64,000 bases of DNA, from positions 1,612,001 through 1,676,000 of the forward strand of contig OZ037841.1 in assembly GCA_964035575.1 (NCBI GenBank), in the 5' to 3' direction. Made by a program: the position numbers and the translations under genes. The notes beneath the pieces were generated by a model. The model saw nothing but the letters and a program-made list of their open reading frames with translations, ran no database searches and was not told the DNA's origin. This document shows, piece after piece, positions 22,945 through 34,551 of the stretch (its first letter is position 1; every line of letters begins with the position of its first letter). Source of the DNA: Rhynchopus sp. YZ270_cl-10. Its lineage: Eukaryota.

Positions 22945-24856
22945 ATGAAACGAAATGCCCTCCACCCCACCCCCACCGCAAGCGACGTTCCCGTACATTG
23001 TGGTGTAGGAGAGCGTCTTAGTTGCATTACTTTAGGTGCGTTGCTCAAAAGGGTTGACCCGCGAGGCAACGATTTGGTGCTTGGACCGAAGCCGACTTTT
23101 GTGGATTTGGTGAAGGAGCGTGCGGACACCTTGCGGGGGGTGCTGGGAGCTTTGGGGCAGAGTGTGGAGCAGGTCGATGCTATGCAGTTTCGGCCTGGTG
23201 CGGTGTTGGAGGTGTTGGACGCGCTTATTGCACAGAAACAACGAGAACACGAAAAAATTCTTGAGCAACAGCAAAGTGAGGCAGCGAGAGGAACCCAGAT
23301 CTGCGACACACCGCAGCTCACCGCGAAGCCCTGCCTCGCCTTCATCCGCGGGGACTGCCCGCTCGACCCACAACAGTGCGCCCTCTCGCACACCCCCGAG
23401 GCAGTCTCGCAATGGTGCAATGAATACCTCACAACAGTTCTCGCGCTCCGCACCTTAGCACAGCACGGTGCCACCCATCCCTCCGGAAGCATATCACACA
23501 TTGAAGAAGCGGCAACAGACCTTGACGAAGAGAGAGAGGACAACGCTGCATTGAGCGTCAATGAGATCCCCGAAGCGGGCAATGTAAGCATTGGTGTGGG
23601 TAGTGTCGTGCCCCCTGCCAAGCGTGTCTCTGTGGGCAGGGTGGGTTCCATAGCCCCAACGGATCGTGCCGAAAAGCCGGACGGAACCATCCGTCTCAGC
23701 GACCCCCTCGGGAAGGATGCGTTCCGCGTGTTGCTTGCGCTTCTTGATGATCTGTACTTCCTGCGGGAGCTGCATGTGCACGCGCTCAATAAGGAGGCTT
23801 GCAAGCTGCTGTGCAGGGCGTTGTCATCGTCGCAGCTCTCAGGTGTCATATCGTTGGATCTCAGTGGTATGCATTTGGTTTTGGGGGGTTTGTTTTTTCA
23901 TATTTACGAAGTTTTTGGCAGTGTTCCCTCAGTATTGCAATGGGTTACTGATCTGTATAACTTAATTTCCGGGCTGTTGTACATAGTGAAGTGATTAGTC
24001 GACACTGCAAACAGGAATAGGCATCGGCAGCGACCACCCTACCACCCTTGCACGCCTAGCGTCTGCGCTTGAGTCGAACCCGATCCTCACCAAACTCGAC
24101 CTTTCCTCAAATGGCATCAACACGAAAGGGTTTCTCACCATCCTGCGCACCTTTGACAGGGGTGGCGGAGCTGCGGTGCTGAAGACACTTCTGTGTTGCA
24201 GGAACAACATCTGCCTGGAAGATACACCACCGGCACCTGCCGCGAACACAGCCACGACCCCCGCACCCGACAGCGAACGTAACCGCATCGCGCACGTGGT
24301 GCGCCTTCTCGGGAAGTCGACCCTGCAGCACCTTAACCTTGCCTCCAACCCTCTCGGGTCGTGCGGCAAAGTCATGTCCAGTGTGCTCAGTGAGAACAAC
24401 TCATTGACGCGTCTCGACCTCTTCTGTTGTGGACTGCAAGACGCGGATGTGTCGGCCCTGTGCGATAGCCTGCGTGTAAACTGCACCCTCCAGACGCTGG
24501 GCTTGGGGTGGAACAATGTGACCCCCGAAGGTGCGGCGCAGCTCTTTACAGTGCTGGGTGAGGCGCGTGCGGTGTCGAGCGTGCACACCTTGGACCTGTC
24601 TTGCAATAGATTAGGGAAGACGGCATTGCGTTTGGGTGACTGGCTGAAGCAGGCACCGACAATCACATCTCTCGACCTACGTTGGACAGGGGTGACCGAG
24701 GAGACGCTGGCAAGCCTGCTAGAAGGCCTTGCTGCAGGTGCCGCTATCACGCAAGTGAACCTCGCTCACTTAGATGTCGACAAAAAGATAATTGAGCGAA
24801 TCAAAGACAAACTCCGGAAGAAGATTGCACAGATCTCACTTCCAAAGACGGCTTAG
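22945..24856 (+). CDS. Leucine-rich repeat protein (RI-like LRR) with a CCCH-like zinc finger; exons 22945-23866 and 24015-24856
   Basis: Intron 23867-24014 (GTATGC...ACAG) joins SLDLSG to IGIGSD...LTKLDLSSNGI in frame. LxxLxLxxN repeats follow. CLAFIRGDCPLDPQQCALSH lies in exon 1. Confidence 0.8.
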
Positions 24857-25021
24857 GGATGGGGTGGGGTGGGCCATATGTTTACACATACAGCTTCGGG
24901 GGAAACTTGCTAACAAATTAGATCTACAAACGAATACCTTCTTTGTGCAAAACTTACCTTCCCACCCCACCCACCCCCACCCTCACCTCCTACAGCTCAT
25001 ACAACACAAACCACCCAAACA

Positions 25022-25699
25022 ATGCAGAAGCTTCTATTGGTGATGTCCGCTGTGGCTGTCGCTGCTGGCATTGATCCTGCTCCGTGCCACAAGCCCACTG
25101 GACCAAACCTTCCCCTGTGCAAATGCGAATGCGAGGATGGCGTCGCTGGGCCTCCTGGGAACGACGGCAAGGATGGCGAGACAGGACCTGCTGGCCCTAC
25201 TGGGCCTGCTGGCCCCACGGGACCCGCAGGCCCGGCTGGGCCTACTGGTCCTGCTGGGCCTGCTGGCGGTGGTGCGGGAGGCTCTGGTCTGACCGGATCC
25301 GGCATTGCCCACAACAACATGCAGCCGTTTTTGACTATTAACTACATCATTGCGCTGCAGGGCATTTACCCTAGCCGCAGTGGGCGTGATGCGGAGGCGC
25401 TGAGCACCGATCCCTTCATTGGGTCGATTCAGCTGTTTGCAGGAAACTTTGCGCCACGTGGCTGGGCGACCTGCGACGGACAGCTCCTCGCCATCTCCTC
25501 CAACAGCGCTCTATTCTCGATCCTCGGCACCACATACGGAGGTGACGGTGTCTCCACCTTTGCTCTCCCAGACCTCCGCAGCCGTGTCCCCGTCCACACA
25601 GGATATGGACCTGGCCTCTCCCCTAGAACACTCGGAAGCAGCGGAGGAGAGGAGCAGCACACCCTCAGCACCGGGGAGCTTCCCTCGCATGGTCACTAA
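25022..25699 (+). CDS. Secreted collagen-like protein with a phage tail-collar domain
   Basis: Signal peptide MQKLLLVMSAVAVAA, then CKCEC and 14 Gly-X-Y triplets (25139-25264). Collar motif PFIGSIQLFAGNFAPRGWATCDGQLL...LFSILGTTYGGDG...FALPDLRSR follows. Confidence 0.9.
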   Translation: MQKLLLVMSAVAVAAGIDPAPCHKPTGPNLPLCKCECEDGVAGPPGNDGKDGETGPAGPTGPAGPTGPAGPAGPTGPAGPAGGGAGGSGLTGSGIAHNNMQPFLTINYIIALQGIYPSRSGRDAEALSTDPFIGSIQLFAGNFAPRGWATCDGQLLAISSNSALFSILGTTYGGDGVSTFALPDLRSRVPVHTGYGPGLSPRTLGSSGGEEQHTLSTGELPSHGH

Positions 25700-27320
25700 A
25701 AAAGTAGCAAAAAAAAAAATTCGAAAACAACAAAAAGTTTCTTTCCCTCTTTTGAAAGGTTAGAAATAATTTTTTCAATATTTTCTGCTGAACGTCTTGA
25801 TATAAGTCTCATGGCTTGCAAAAAGATTGTCACAAAAAAACGAGAAAAAAAGGTCTCACTGTATGCGTGTGTATAAGAAGTACATTCATCTTCAAGTTCT
25901 TTTTTTATCAACTTCACCTATTTTGCTCTAAAATACCGGAAAGTACCAAACTTAATTCTGGGATGTAAAAAATGTCACAGTTTTTTAGATTTTCCTTTGG
26001 AAAATGTGAAAGGTCCCAGTTTTGTTATGTCCCCAGAATTAATATGTTTACGGTATTCAGTGTGTCGTATCTTTCTTTTTGCCACGGTGTGTCGTTCAGT
26101 TATGTGCTTCGGCGGTATGTCAGTACAAACGAACGGATGTTTCTTTTTAAAATTTTTTTGCAACACTCCGGGGGTTTGATAACCCCGCGGAGTTTTTCAT
26201 TGCCCGCCCTTTCAGTGCCTGCGTCCCAGAGGCGTTTTCACCTATCAACTTCACCCTTTTGTTTTGATAAACTATTCCCTGTTTTCCCATTTTATTGAAT
26301 TTTGAGGGTTTTTCTTCCCACACTGGAGTGCTATACTTCATAAAAAACCCCCTTTTTTTTTCTTCAAAAAATATGCTCGATATTTCCCCTGGTTAAAAAA
26401 AGTTTTTCGGCTGCATACGCACACAACATGCAAGCTGTAACTATTTTTTTCCCGGAATTTTATTTTTTAAGAGGCAAAAGCCAGCTTATCAAAATTCTCT
26501 TCATTTTTTATGTTGCCATGCATTTTAGATCCTTTTTCCTGGGGGTCTGATTGTGCCTGCATCTGTTTTGAGGATGTGGTGCACAACCCAACCCCCCCTT
26601 CTTTTAGCCATGGCTTTTTATACCAATCAATTGCCCCATTTAGGTGACTGAGCATAGAAGGCTCAGACTCTCTTTACCAAAATTTTTCTCTTTTAAAAGG
26701 GAGAGTACTGTTACACCCTTTGCTTCCTTTGAGGATAAGTCGGAATCTCATACAGAGCAACGCGCCCTTCCTCTCCAAACCCCACGTCTACAAAGCTTTT
26801 AAGCAAAATTAAACAGAGCACAAAGCACTTTCAAAACATACAAAAAAAAAAACATTTTCAAACACTCTTTGATGCTTATTATTTGCTAAAATAATGAGGA
26901 GATGAATTTTTCTTTTTTTTTGAATAGTGACCACGCCCGCAATGGCGTCCACTTCAATCACCACCCCCCACCTTATTTTCAAAGATGTTCTGTGTGCAAA
27001 ACCCAAAGCATACCACATCGCTCCCTTTTTTTTTTTTCTTCCTTTTTTTCAAAAAGTGAACACCGTCTTGCATACCTCACAAACCAAATTTATACCCATG
27101 GGGTGGTTTAGGGTACTTTCTGTTAGCCAACTTCACAAAAAAAAAAAAATTAGGGTCCCCAAAAAATTTTTTTTCTCTTTCCCCACTCCAACAACACCCA
27201 AACCACCAACAGCACCAATAACACATATCCAAAGGGCACTGTCCTGAAACCTTTCCCCCTTTCCCCATTCTTTAGTGTTTTGGTACCAAAAAAATAGTAC
27301 GATTTGGGAGTTGGTAGTGC

Positions 27321-30300
27321 ATGTGGTTACTTGCGTGGGTTGTGGCAACCGGGCTTGCAGGGGAGCCGCAGTGCCCGCCCGGTTTGGAGTCATGTTATCA
27401 TGGCTTTAACGAAGCACGGTTTGGAAATGCGTTGAGCGCGTTGGAGGCGTCTGGTGTGGACAGCGCTGGGCGTGACAGTGATGACAGCACCGCTGCCGCA
27501 GAGTGGTCTGCCGCGGACCGTGCTCAGCTGTGCAACGCAACGAACTGGGCGCAACATGACCTCTGCTTCACACACTGCCCCCTCCGCCTCGTCATCTCCG
27601 AACCACCGCGCTTCCGAATGTCGACCTGCGTTTGGGACAATTCTTTCGAACCTTACATCGCATCCGCACACATTGACCTCCACCATCCGCTCAACAACGT
27701 AACAATGGATCTCATTGGTGTAGGTGGATTTAATGAGTCGCTTCGAACGGCGTGTCTAGAAAGCGATTATTTTGGTGGCGATTATGAAGGAAAAATCGCA
27801 GTGTTGGCCAGGGGGACCTGCTATTTTGCGAAGAAGTTTGCGAATGCGCGTGGTGCCGGGGCAGCAGCAGGAGTGATGATGAACACACGGCAGGACAACA
27901 GCATCTCAGACCAGCTTCTCGGCATGGTCGGCCCAGCGGATGTGGACACCGCAATGCCTAGCGTTGCTGTCAGCAGGCAGCACGGCGAGATTCTGTTCTC
28001 CGCCCTCACTGAGGTTGCGAGGACCGGCGAAACGCTGCGTGGTCGTTTTATCATGTCATGCACCCGCCCTGACATTCCCCCGAATGCACCGGATTATGAT
28101 TCCTGCCCGCATCCTTTGCTTCTTGCACAAAAGGTTTGTGGTGCAGACTCTATTCATAACTTATGCCAAATCTGTCCGTTGGAGCTGCTTTTTGATGGTG
28201 TGCAGGTGTGTCTCTGGGGGAATCAGTTGTTGCCGCGAAGCAACCACAGTTTTATGCAGCATTCGGTGGCATTGCCGCACCACTCATCTTCATTGGTGGT
28301 TGCGACAGAGCTTTCTGGTGGTGGTTGTGTTGCGGCAGACTTTGCGCAGCTGTCGGGTAAGGTGCTGCTCATACCCAAACACGACATTTGCACCCCATTC
28401 CACTCAGCGAGGATGGCGGAACAGCATGGAGTTGCAGCCTTCATCATGCTCACCCCTGCCTCTCATAAAAACGCGGTAAAAGTAGAGGGACCATCAGAGT
28501 TTGTTACCATCCCCGTCCACACCGTGGGCCCGCAAGAATCGAAACTCATTTTGGATCACGCAAGACAGAAGGGACAGCATGAATCTGGTGTCGGGTATTT
28601 TTTGGGGAATGCGACATTCATGATAGGGACGAAGAGGATGTTTGAGGGTGGCAGTGTGGTGACGGAGGCGCCGCCAACGCATAAAACTTTTAAGGTGGGA
28701 GTTGATGTTGATGAGCTGAAAAAAAAGTCGTTTGGGCTGACTGCGCCTGCGGTGGTAGCTACTGTGGTGCTTGTCGTGGAGACGCTGGTGTTGCTTGCGT
28801 TGTTGGTCAAGAATTTCCGTACCCCTGCCTCTGCCGCCGCACCGCGCACCAACGACAAGAAGGAGCTGTGCGAGCGTATCTCGATTCCCCTCGCGTTGGC
28901 GACGACGGCGCTCTCGCTGTCTCTGTTCCTCACCATTGCGACAACGTCGTTCTCTCTCGCCTACTATGCGGGCAAACGGTCCACAGAGACTGCTGTCCAA
29001 GACGGCCAAGCAGGCATCGACTCCACCTACGCCACCGCAGTCGCAAACGTCGAAGTCATCTCCGACCGCCTCAAGAACCTAGTCATCGAAAGGGTTCTCG
29101 ACGCATTGGATACCCTCATCGACAACAGCGAGATCCGTCTCCAGGCAGTTCGCGGGCTGTATATGAACTTTGAAGGAACGTGGGAGTCGTTTGACTCATC
29201 GTACCCTGCGTTTGTTGATGTGGCGCATGCGTGGCCTGACTATATCATGAATGTCTTCACAATTCAGGGTTTCTTTGCGTCAAAAATAATGAAAACGGAT
29301 GACCGCCCAGACGACGTCCGGCAAGACTCTGTCGTGGGCTCCGTTGCAGAAACAAACCTCGGGTGGCCCTACGGCGTGAACACATACTTCTATGACGACA
29401 ACAAACACATCAACTACTGGGCCTCCTACTCCATACAGGACTACAACGCAACCAAAGTCCTGGGCGGGGCTCCAGGCGACCCCCTCGTGGTCACCCGCGG
29501 AAAGGAGGAAGGCTTCATGCATTGGCACATCACAGACTACACCTTCCCCCAGGTAGGTGAGGACTTCGACGCGATCCAGCACCCTGCCTCGGTCTTTACA
29601 CCGCTGTACACCAGGGCGGGGCATTATATGGGGACGATCGAGGCGCGGAAGTCAGTTGACTCCTTCGGGCAGATCATTAGCGCAGCGATCAACGATGTGG
29701 CCCTGGAGAATATGACTGTCGTGATATACAACTGGGAAGATGGATCTGTCTATGGCACCAATGCGCATGTTGGGTTACGTGTGGTGGGGTTGGTGTTGAA
29801 GGTAGGGTGGAGGTTGATGTACCGTTTGCATACCTTTGACGATCATCCGGCAGTTCGGGTGAACGCTTTGGGGCATTATCTGAACAGTACCAATTCGTTG
29901 TCTGCGCATGGTGAATTTGAGCAGTCCGATTGGGAGGCAAATGAGCACGTCCAAATATTTGACATCCAGGTGGCAGAAGGTGCCTTCGAGAACAACGTAG
30001 CGAACATCATTACCGACCCAAACAGCGAGCACTCCATTGTCGACAAATCTGGCAACGCATGGGACGTCGAAATGCGTGGCGAGCGCAGTGTCGACTTCGT
30101 CTTTGACCCGATTCTCCAAAAAACTGTGCTCTACTTTGGTGGCACCTCGCTTCTCTATATCTACAAAAACCTGACCACACGGATCCCCTCCGTGCAGCGA
30201 ACGCAACTCTCCGCGGAAGGCGAGCCGTGGCGGTCTTCTGTCTCATTCTATAAAGACACGATTGAGATGAATGATACACGCAATTCGGTTTGCATTTCGC

Positions 30301-32926
30301 ACACAACTTATCAAGGCGCCGAAGACGAAGAGAACGGGTCCACCAGCTGTCTCCTGCGCGAACCGTTTACTATCAACAACTACACTATCAGCATTCGCTT
30401 CAAACCCCACCAGGTGTACGCGGGTGCAGTCACCCCAGATATGCCGAAGCTATTCTCTGAGACATTGGTAGGAGAAACCAACGTACGTCTCTTCGCAAAT
30501 GGCCAGCTTTTCCTCAACGTCGTGAGCTACGGCTGTGCGACACAACCCATCCCAGGCGGCTTCCCCGCAAACCAATGGAGCACCGTCACCATCAAAGCTG
30601 ACGACTACTGCTCCGTCTACGTCAACGGCGTTCTCGCACAACGTGCCCACTTTGCTTCGACATACCGTGCCTCCTATTTCGGCACACCTTATCACATTGG
30701 ACAAAACTTTCGAGGGAGTCTCGAATACATCAAAGCCTACAATGTGAATTTGACGGATACAGAGATCATGTATTTGCATGAATATGGGGTGTTTAAGAGA
30801 GATGTTCCGGAGAAGAGATTTTATGTGGAGGCAAAGAGGTTGGAGAAGAATTCGAGAATGCGTGCTGGGGTGGCGTGGGCGGTGGCAGCGATGATACCGG
30901 TTGCAGATATAATGCGGGTGGTGGATGGGCAGAACAGAGAGTTGCGCGAGGTGCTTGCGGTGCAGGAGGAGAACACCCAGGCAGAGCTGCGGCAGAGTTC
31001 GACCGAGGCAGTATTGATCATATTGGCCACGATGCTCCTCGCAGTGCTCGTCTTCCTGACATTCAACCACATCCTCACGCTCCCCTTCTCTGAAATATCC
31101 GTCCGCCTCACCCAAGCAGCAGACCTCCAGATCGACACCCTCCCCGACACCAACTCAGTCATAAAAGAGCTCCAAACGATCCACGCCGCAACCTACGTTA
31201 TGCTGAAGAACCTACAAGAGTACCGTTCCTTCCTTCCAGAGGTGTTGCTGCATAGGAGACATACGCCGGACGCGATGCCAGAAAACGCGCCAGGGAATGC
31301 AGAAGACAGCAAGGCAACGTATGCAATAAAAATACTATTACAATATGACAAGAATGTTATTTTATACCAAAAAACCCTGACAGCCATGCTGCAATCGTGT
31401 TCACGGACATCTCCGGTTCGACGCAGTTGTGGGAGGACTGCCATGACGGCATGCGTGCTGCGCTGCATATACACAACGCAGTGATCCGCGCCTGCATCAC
31501 TTCGCATTCGGGGTATGAGGTCAAAACCATCGGCGACGCTTTTATGGTTGCGTTTGGGGAGTTGGATGTTGCGGTGACGTTTGCTTTGCAGGCGCAGCTG
31601 GGGTTGGCGGCAGCGGTGTGGCCTGAGGATCTGTTGCAACAGACGCAGCAGAGTGCGGGCGATATGTCTCACGGTGTACGCGTTCGTATGGGTGTCAACT
31701 ATGGTGCAGTCAGTGTTGAATTCAACGAGGTCGTCGGACGCTGCGACTACTTCGGTGGCACAGTGAACCGCAGTGCCCGCCTCGAAGCTCTCTGCATAGG
31801 CGGCGGTGTCGCGCTCTGTGACGACATCCTGCAACAGGCCAGCCCCGACGTCATCGACACCGCAATCGTGGTCTCCCTCGGCCCCCGCTCCCTCAAAGGG
31901 ATTGCCGGAAAGGTTCGTGTCAGTGTTCTCATCCCCAAATCGCTCAAGCGTCGTGCTGACTACGTAGAAAGGGCTGTCCGTGACGGTGCCTATGTACCGA
32001 ACCCCCTCGCCCCAAGCTCCCGCCCCAGCTTTGAAGAAGCGCCGCAATCTGATAGTGGAAGCGACCCTGGCGACAACAGGAGGCATGCTGCCTGGGGGAA
32101 CGGTGCGCAGAGCCGTGTCGCAGAGCTCGTGCACATCGAAGGTGCGACCATTGCGCATCTGGAGCTTGCATGCAGTGCTGTGCCGACGAGCAGCGGTGTC
32201 AGCAAGCCGCCCTCCCCCTCCGAAGAGGCTGCCCACGTGAACAGCAACTTTGTCCGCGTCGTGTCCTGCCTGGAACGCTCTGACGGACAGATCTTGACAA
32301 TTCTTGGGTCCTCCGTTGTGTCCGGGTGGAACGTGACGAAGGCTTGCCCCAGCCACGTTGAGGGTACACTACGTTTTCTTGGGTTGCTGACAAAAGCAAC
32401 CGGGTCTCCAGTACGATGTGGGGCCAGCACTGGACGGATTATGACTGGGTGTGTGGGGACAGCGGGGCAGCGCTTTGTGACTGCAGTGGGGGGGTGCGTA
32501 CGGCATGCTACGGCACTGTTCTCGCATGCAGACGTGGTTGGGACGGAGGTGCTGTACATGGCAGCACCGTCGCCAGCGATACAGACGTTGTGCACACAAC
32601 ACTTCATGCGTCCCATCGGTACACACGTCATTCTCGGCACTACGTGCCTGGTGCATGAAGTGTGCACACCCCGTCTTCGCGAATGGTGCGACAACAAATT
32701 TGATTCGCTCTTCTCTGCAAACAGACAAAAGACTGTCGACGACCTTGTCTTCCTAAGCAACGATGTGAATGACGTCACGCGAGAGTCCTGCTGGTCAGGC
32801 GACTACCTCCGAGCATTCGAGAAGTCTGACTGGCTGCGACTCAATCGAATGGCAAAGATCGATCACGTAATCCGCTACGCCGTCAAGCTCATGAAAGAGC
32901 GTGAGGAAGGGGTGGAGGAGTTATGA
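27321..32926 (+). CDS. Receptor-type adenylate cyclase (about 1846 aa): PA domains, Cache/LamG-like ectodomain, TM, cyclase, degenerate cyclase; exons 27321-31318 and 31384-32926
   Basis: The 65-bp intron 31319-31383 (GTATGC...ACAG) joins the two long ORFs in frame, giving THAAIVFTDISGS. Also GYEVKTIGDAFM, DYFGGTVNRSARLE and PA motif GKIAVLARGTCYFAKK. Confidence 0.88.
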
Positions 32927-33147
32927 GGTGATTTTTTTTTCTGTATTTTTTTGTTGTCTCTCTTTGCGTTTATCTTTTGTCGTTTCTTTGTTATTCTTCA
33001 TTTTTTTTTTTATGGTTATTTTTGAAATTTTCTTTGTTATATAGTGCCGCAGCCGTTATCTTAGATGCGTGCATGAGGCACAGTCATCTTATATGCTTTT
33101 TTTTCTCTCTCTTATTTGTGTTGCCTTTAACACCGTGCACACAAATA

Positions 33148-34551
33148 CAGTGTGACACAGAATTAATGGCCGATGAAGACATTTTATAAAAAAACGGCAA
33201 ATTTTGACAAGGACATATTCAAAACACCCCCAAAACATAAAATATTTACGCCCAGGAACACAATAAAAGCAAAAATATAATGGTTAAGGGTAAAGTGAAC
33301 ACTGAGGCCACGAGGGAAGGGTTGCGCCTACAGGCAGCGTCGCTAGTCGTTGTTGGCGGTAAGAGCCATGATGAGGTGGCGGAGTTGCTGAACGTTGCGA
33401 AGAGGAGTTTGGGTAGGTGGGTGAAGGAGTACCGCGCTGGAGAGCGGAATTTTTCGGACAAGCCAGGGAGGGGACGCAAGAGATCGGCCACCACCGACAC
33501 CGTTAAGAATAGGGTGGTTAGACACATGCGGGGCAAGCGGTTTCAGTCTTGCAGGAAAGTAGCGTCGCGACTACAGATTTCGAGGGAGAGTGTCCGCAGG
33601 TGCCTGAAGGAGAAGGGGCTGAAGCCCGTTCAAACGAAGAGCAAACCAAAGCTCTCGGAAAAGAACATCACTGCCCGGATAGAGTTTGCTGAAACGCATC
33701 GAAACACCGACTGGTCAAAGGTGATGTTCACCGATGAAAAAGACTTTTGGCTTTTTTCTCGGGTGAGCAAGAAGAACGATGTTGTCTGGGTTGCAGATGG
33801 TGATGAGCCGCCCCCAACCGTTGATAAGGTCAGGGCTACGCAGAAGGTTCACGTCTGGGGAGGAATCACCACCAGAGGTAAGACGAAGCTCTATTTCTAT
33901 GACGGTGCTCTCAATGCAGAGAAGTACCGTACGCTCGTCTTACAGAAAGCGCTCAAAGAAATAAAAGAACTCCTGCCTGACAGTAGCTACACGTTTCAGC
34001 AGGATGGGGCACCCTGCCACACTGCGAACGTTACTCAAGCATTCCTCTCCTCCCAACCTTTCTCGTTCCTCCCTAAAGCTGACTGGCCAGGCAACTCCCC
34101 TGATCTCAATCCTATTGAGAACCTGTGGGCCAAGCTGCAGACTGCAGTCAACGAACGGGAGCCCAAAGACGTGTCAGCACTTAAACGTGCCATCAACAAG
34201 GAATGGTCCAAGATGGACAATAGCTTCGTTGCACGTTACATCATGTCAATGCCACGACGCCTAGACGCAGTTCGCAATTCCAACGGAATGCACACAAAAT
34301 ACTAATGCATGCTCTATTTATTTTTGTGCACCCACTCGTTTGTACTGCTACACTGTATTTTTTTTTTTTACACATACACCCTTTTTTACCAAAAAGGGAT
34401 ATTTCCATGTTAATATTTTCCCCACACACACACTTTTCATACACGGCCAGTTGAAAATGCAATGAAATGAGTCAAATTTTGCCTATTTTTTAGAATAATA
34501 TAACAATTTTTACAAAATGTCGTCATCGGCCATTAATTCTGTGTCACACTG
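33148..34551 (+). mobile_element. Intact Tc1/mariner (ITm) transposon, 1404 bp
   Basis: TIRs CAGTGTGACACAGAATTAATGGCCGATGA (29 bp perfect, about 45 bp with 2 mismatches). TA on both flanks (33146-33147, 34552-34553). Intact transposase inside. Confidence 0.96.
33280..34305 (+). CDS. Tc1-like DD37E transposase
   Basis: N-terminal HTH and GRGRK, then VMFTDEK, FQQDGAPCH and WPGNSPDLNPIENLW. There are 37 residues between the second D and the E. Confidence 0.95.
   Translation: MVKGKVNTEATREGLRLQAASLVVVGGKSHDEVAELLNVAKRSLGRWVKEYRAGERNFSDKPGRGRKRSATTDTVKNRVVRHMRGKRFQSCRKVASRLQISRESVRRCLKEKGLKPVQTKSKPKLSEKNITARIEFAETHRNTDWSKVMFTDEKDFWLFSRVSKKNDVVWVADGDEPPPTVDKVRATQKVHVWGGITTRGKTKLYFYDGALNAEKYRTLVLQKALKEIKELLPDSSYTFQQDGAPCHTANVTQAFLSSQPFSFLPKADWPGNSPDLNPIENLWAKLQTAVNEREPKDVSALKRAINKEWSKMDNSFVARYIMSMPRRLDAVRNSNGMHTKY

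Noticed and set aside
31193..32356. 387-aa minus-strand ORF
   Set aside because: Antisense to the cyclase domain, with no recognisable features.
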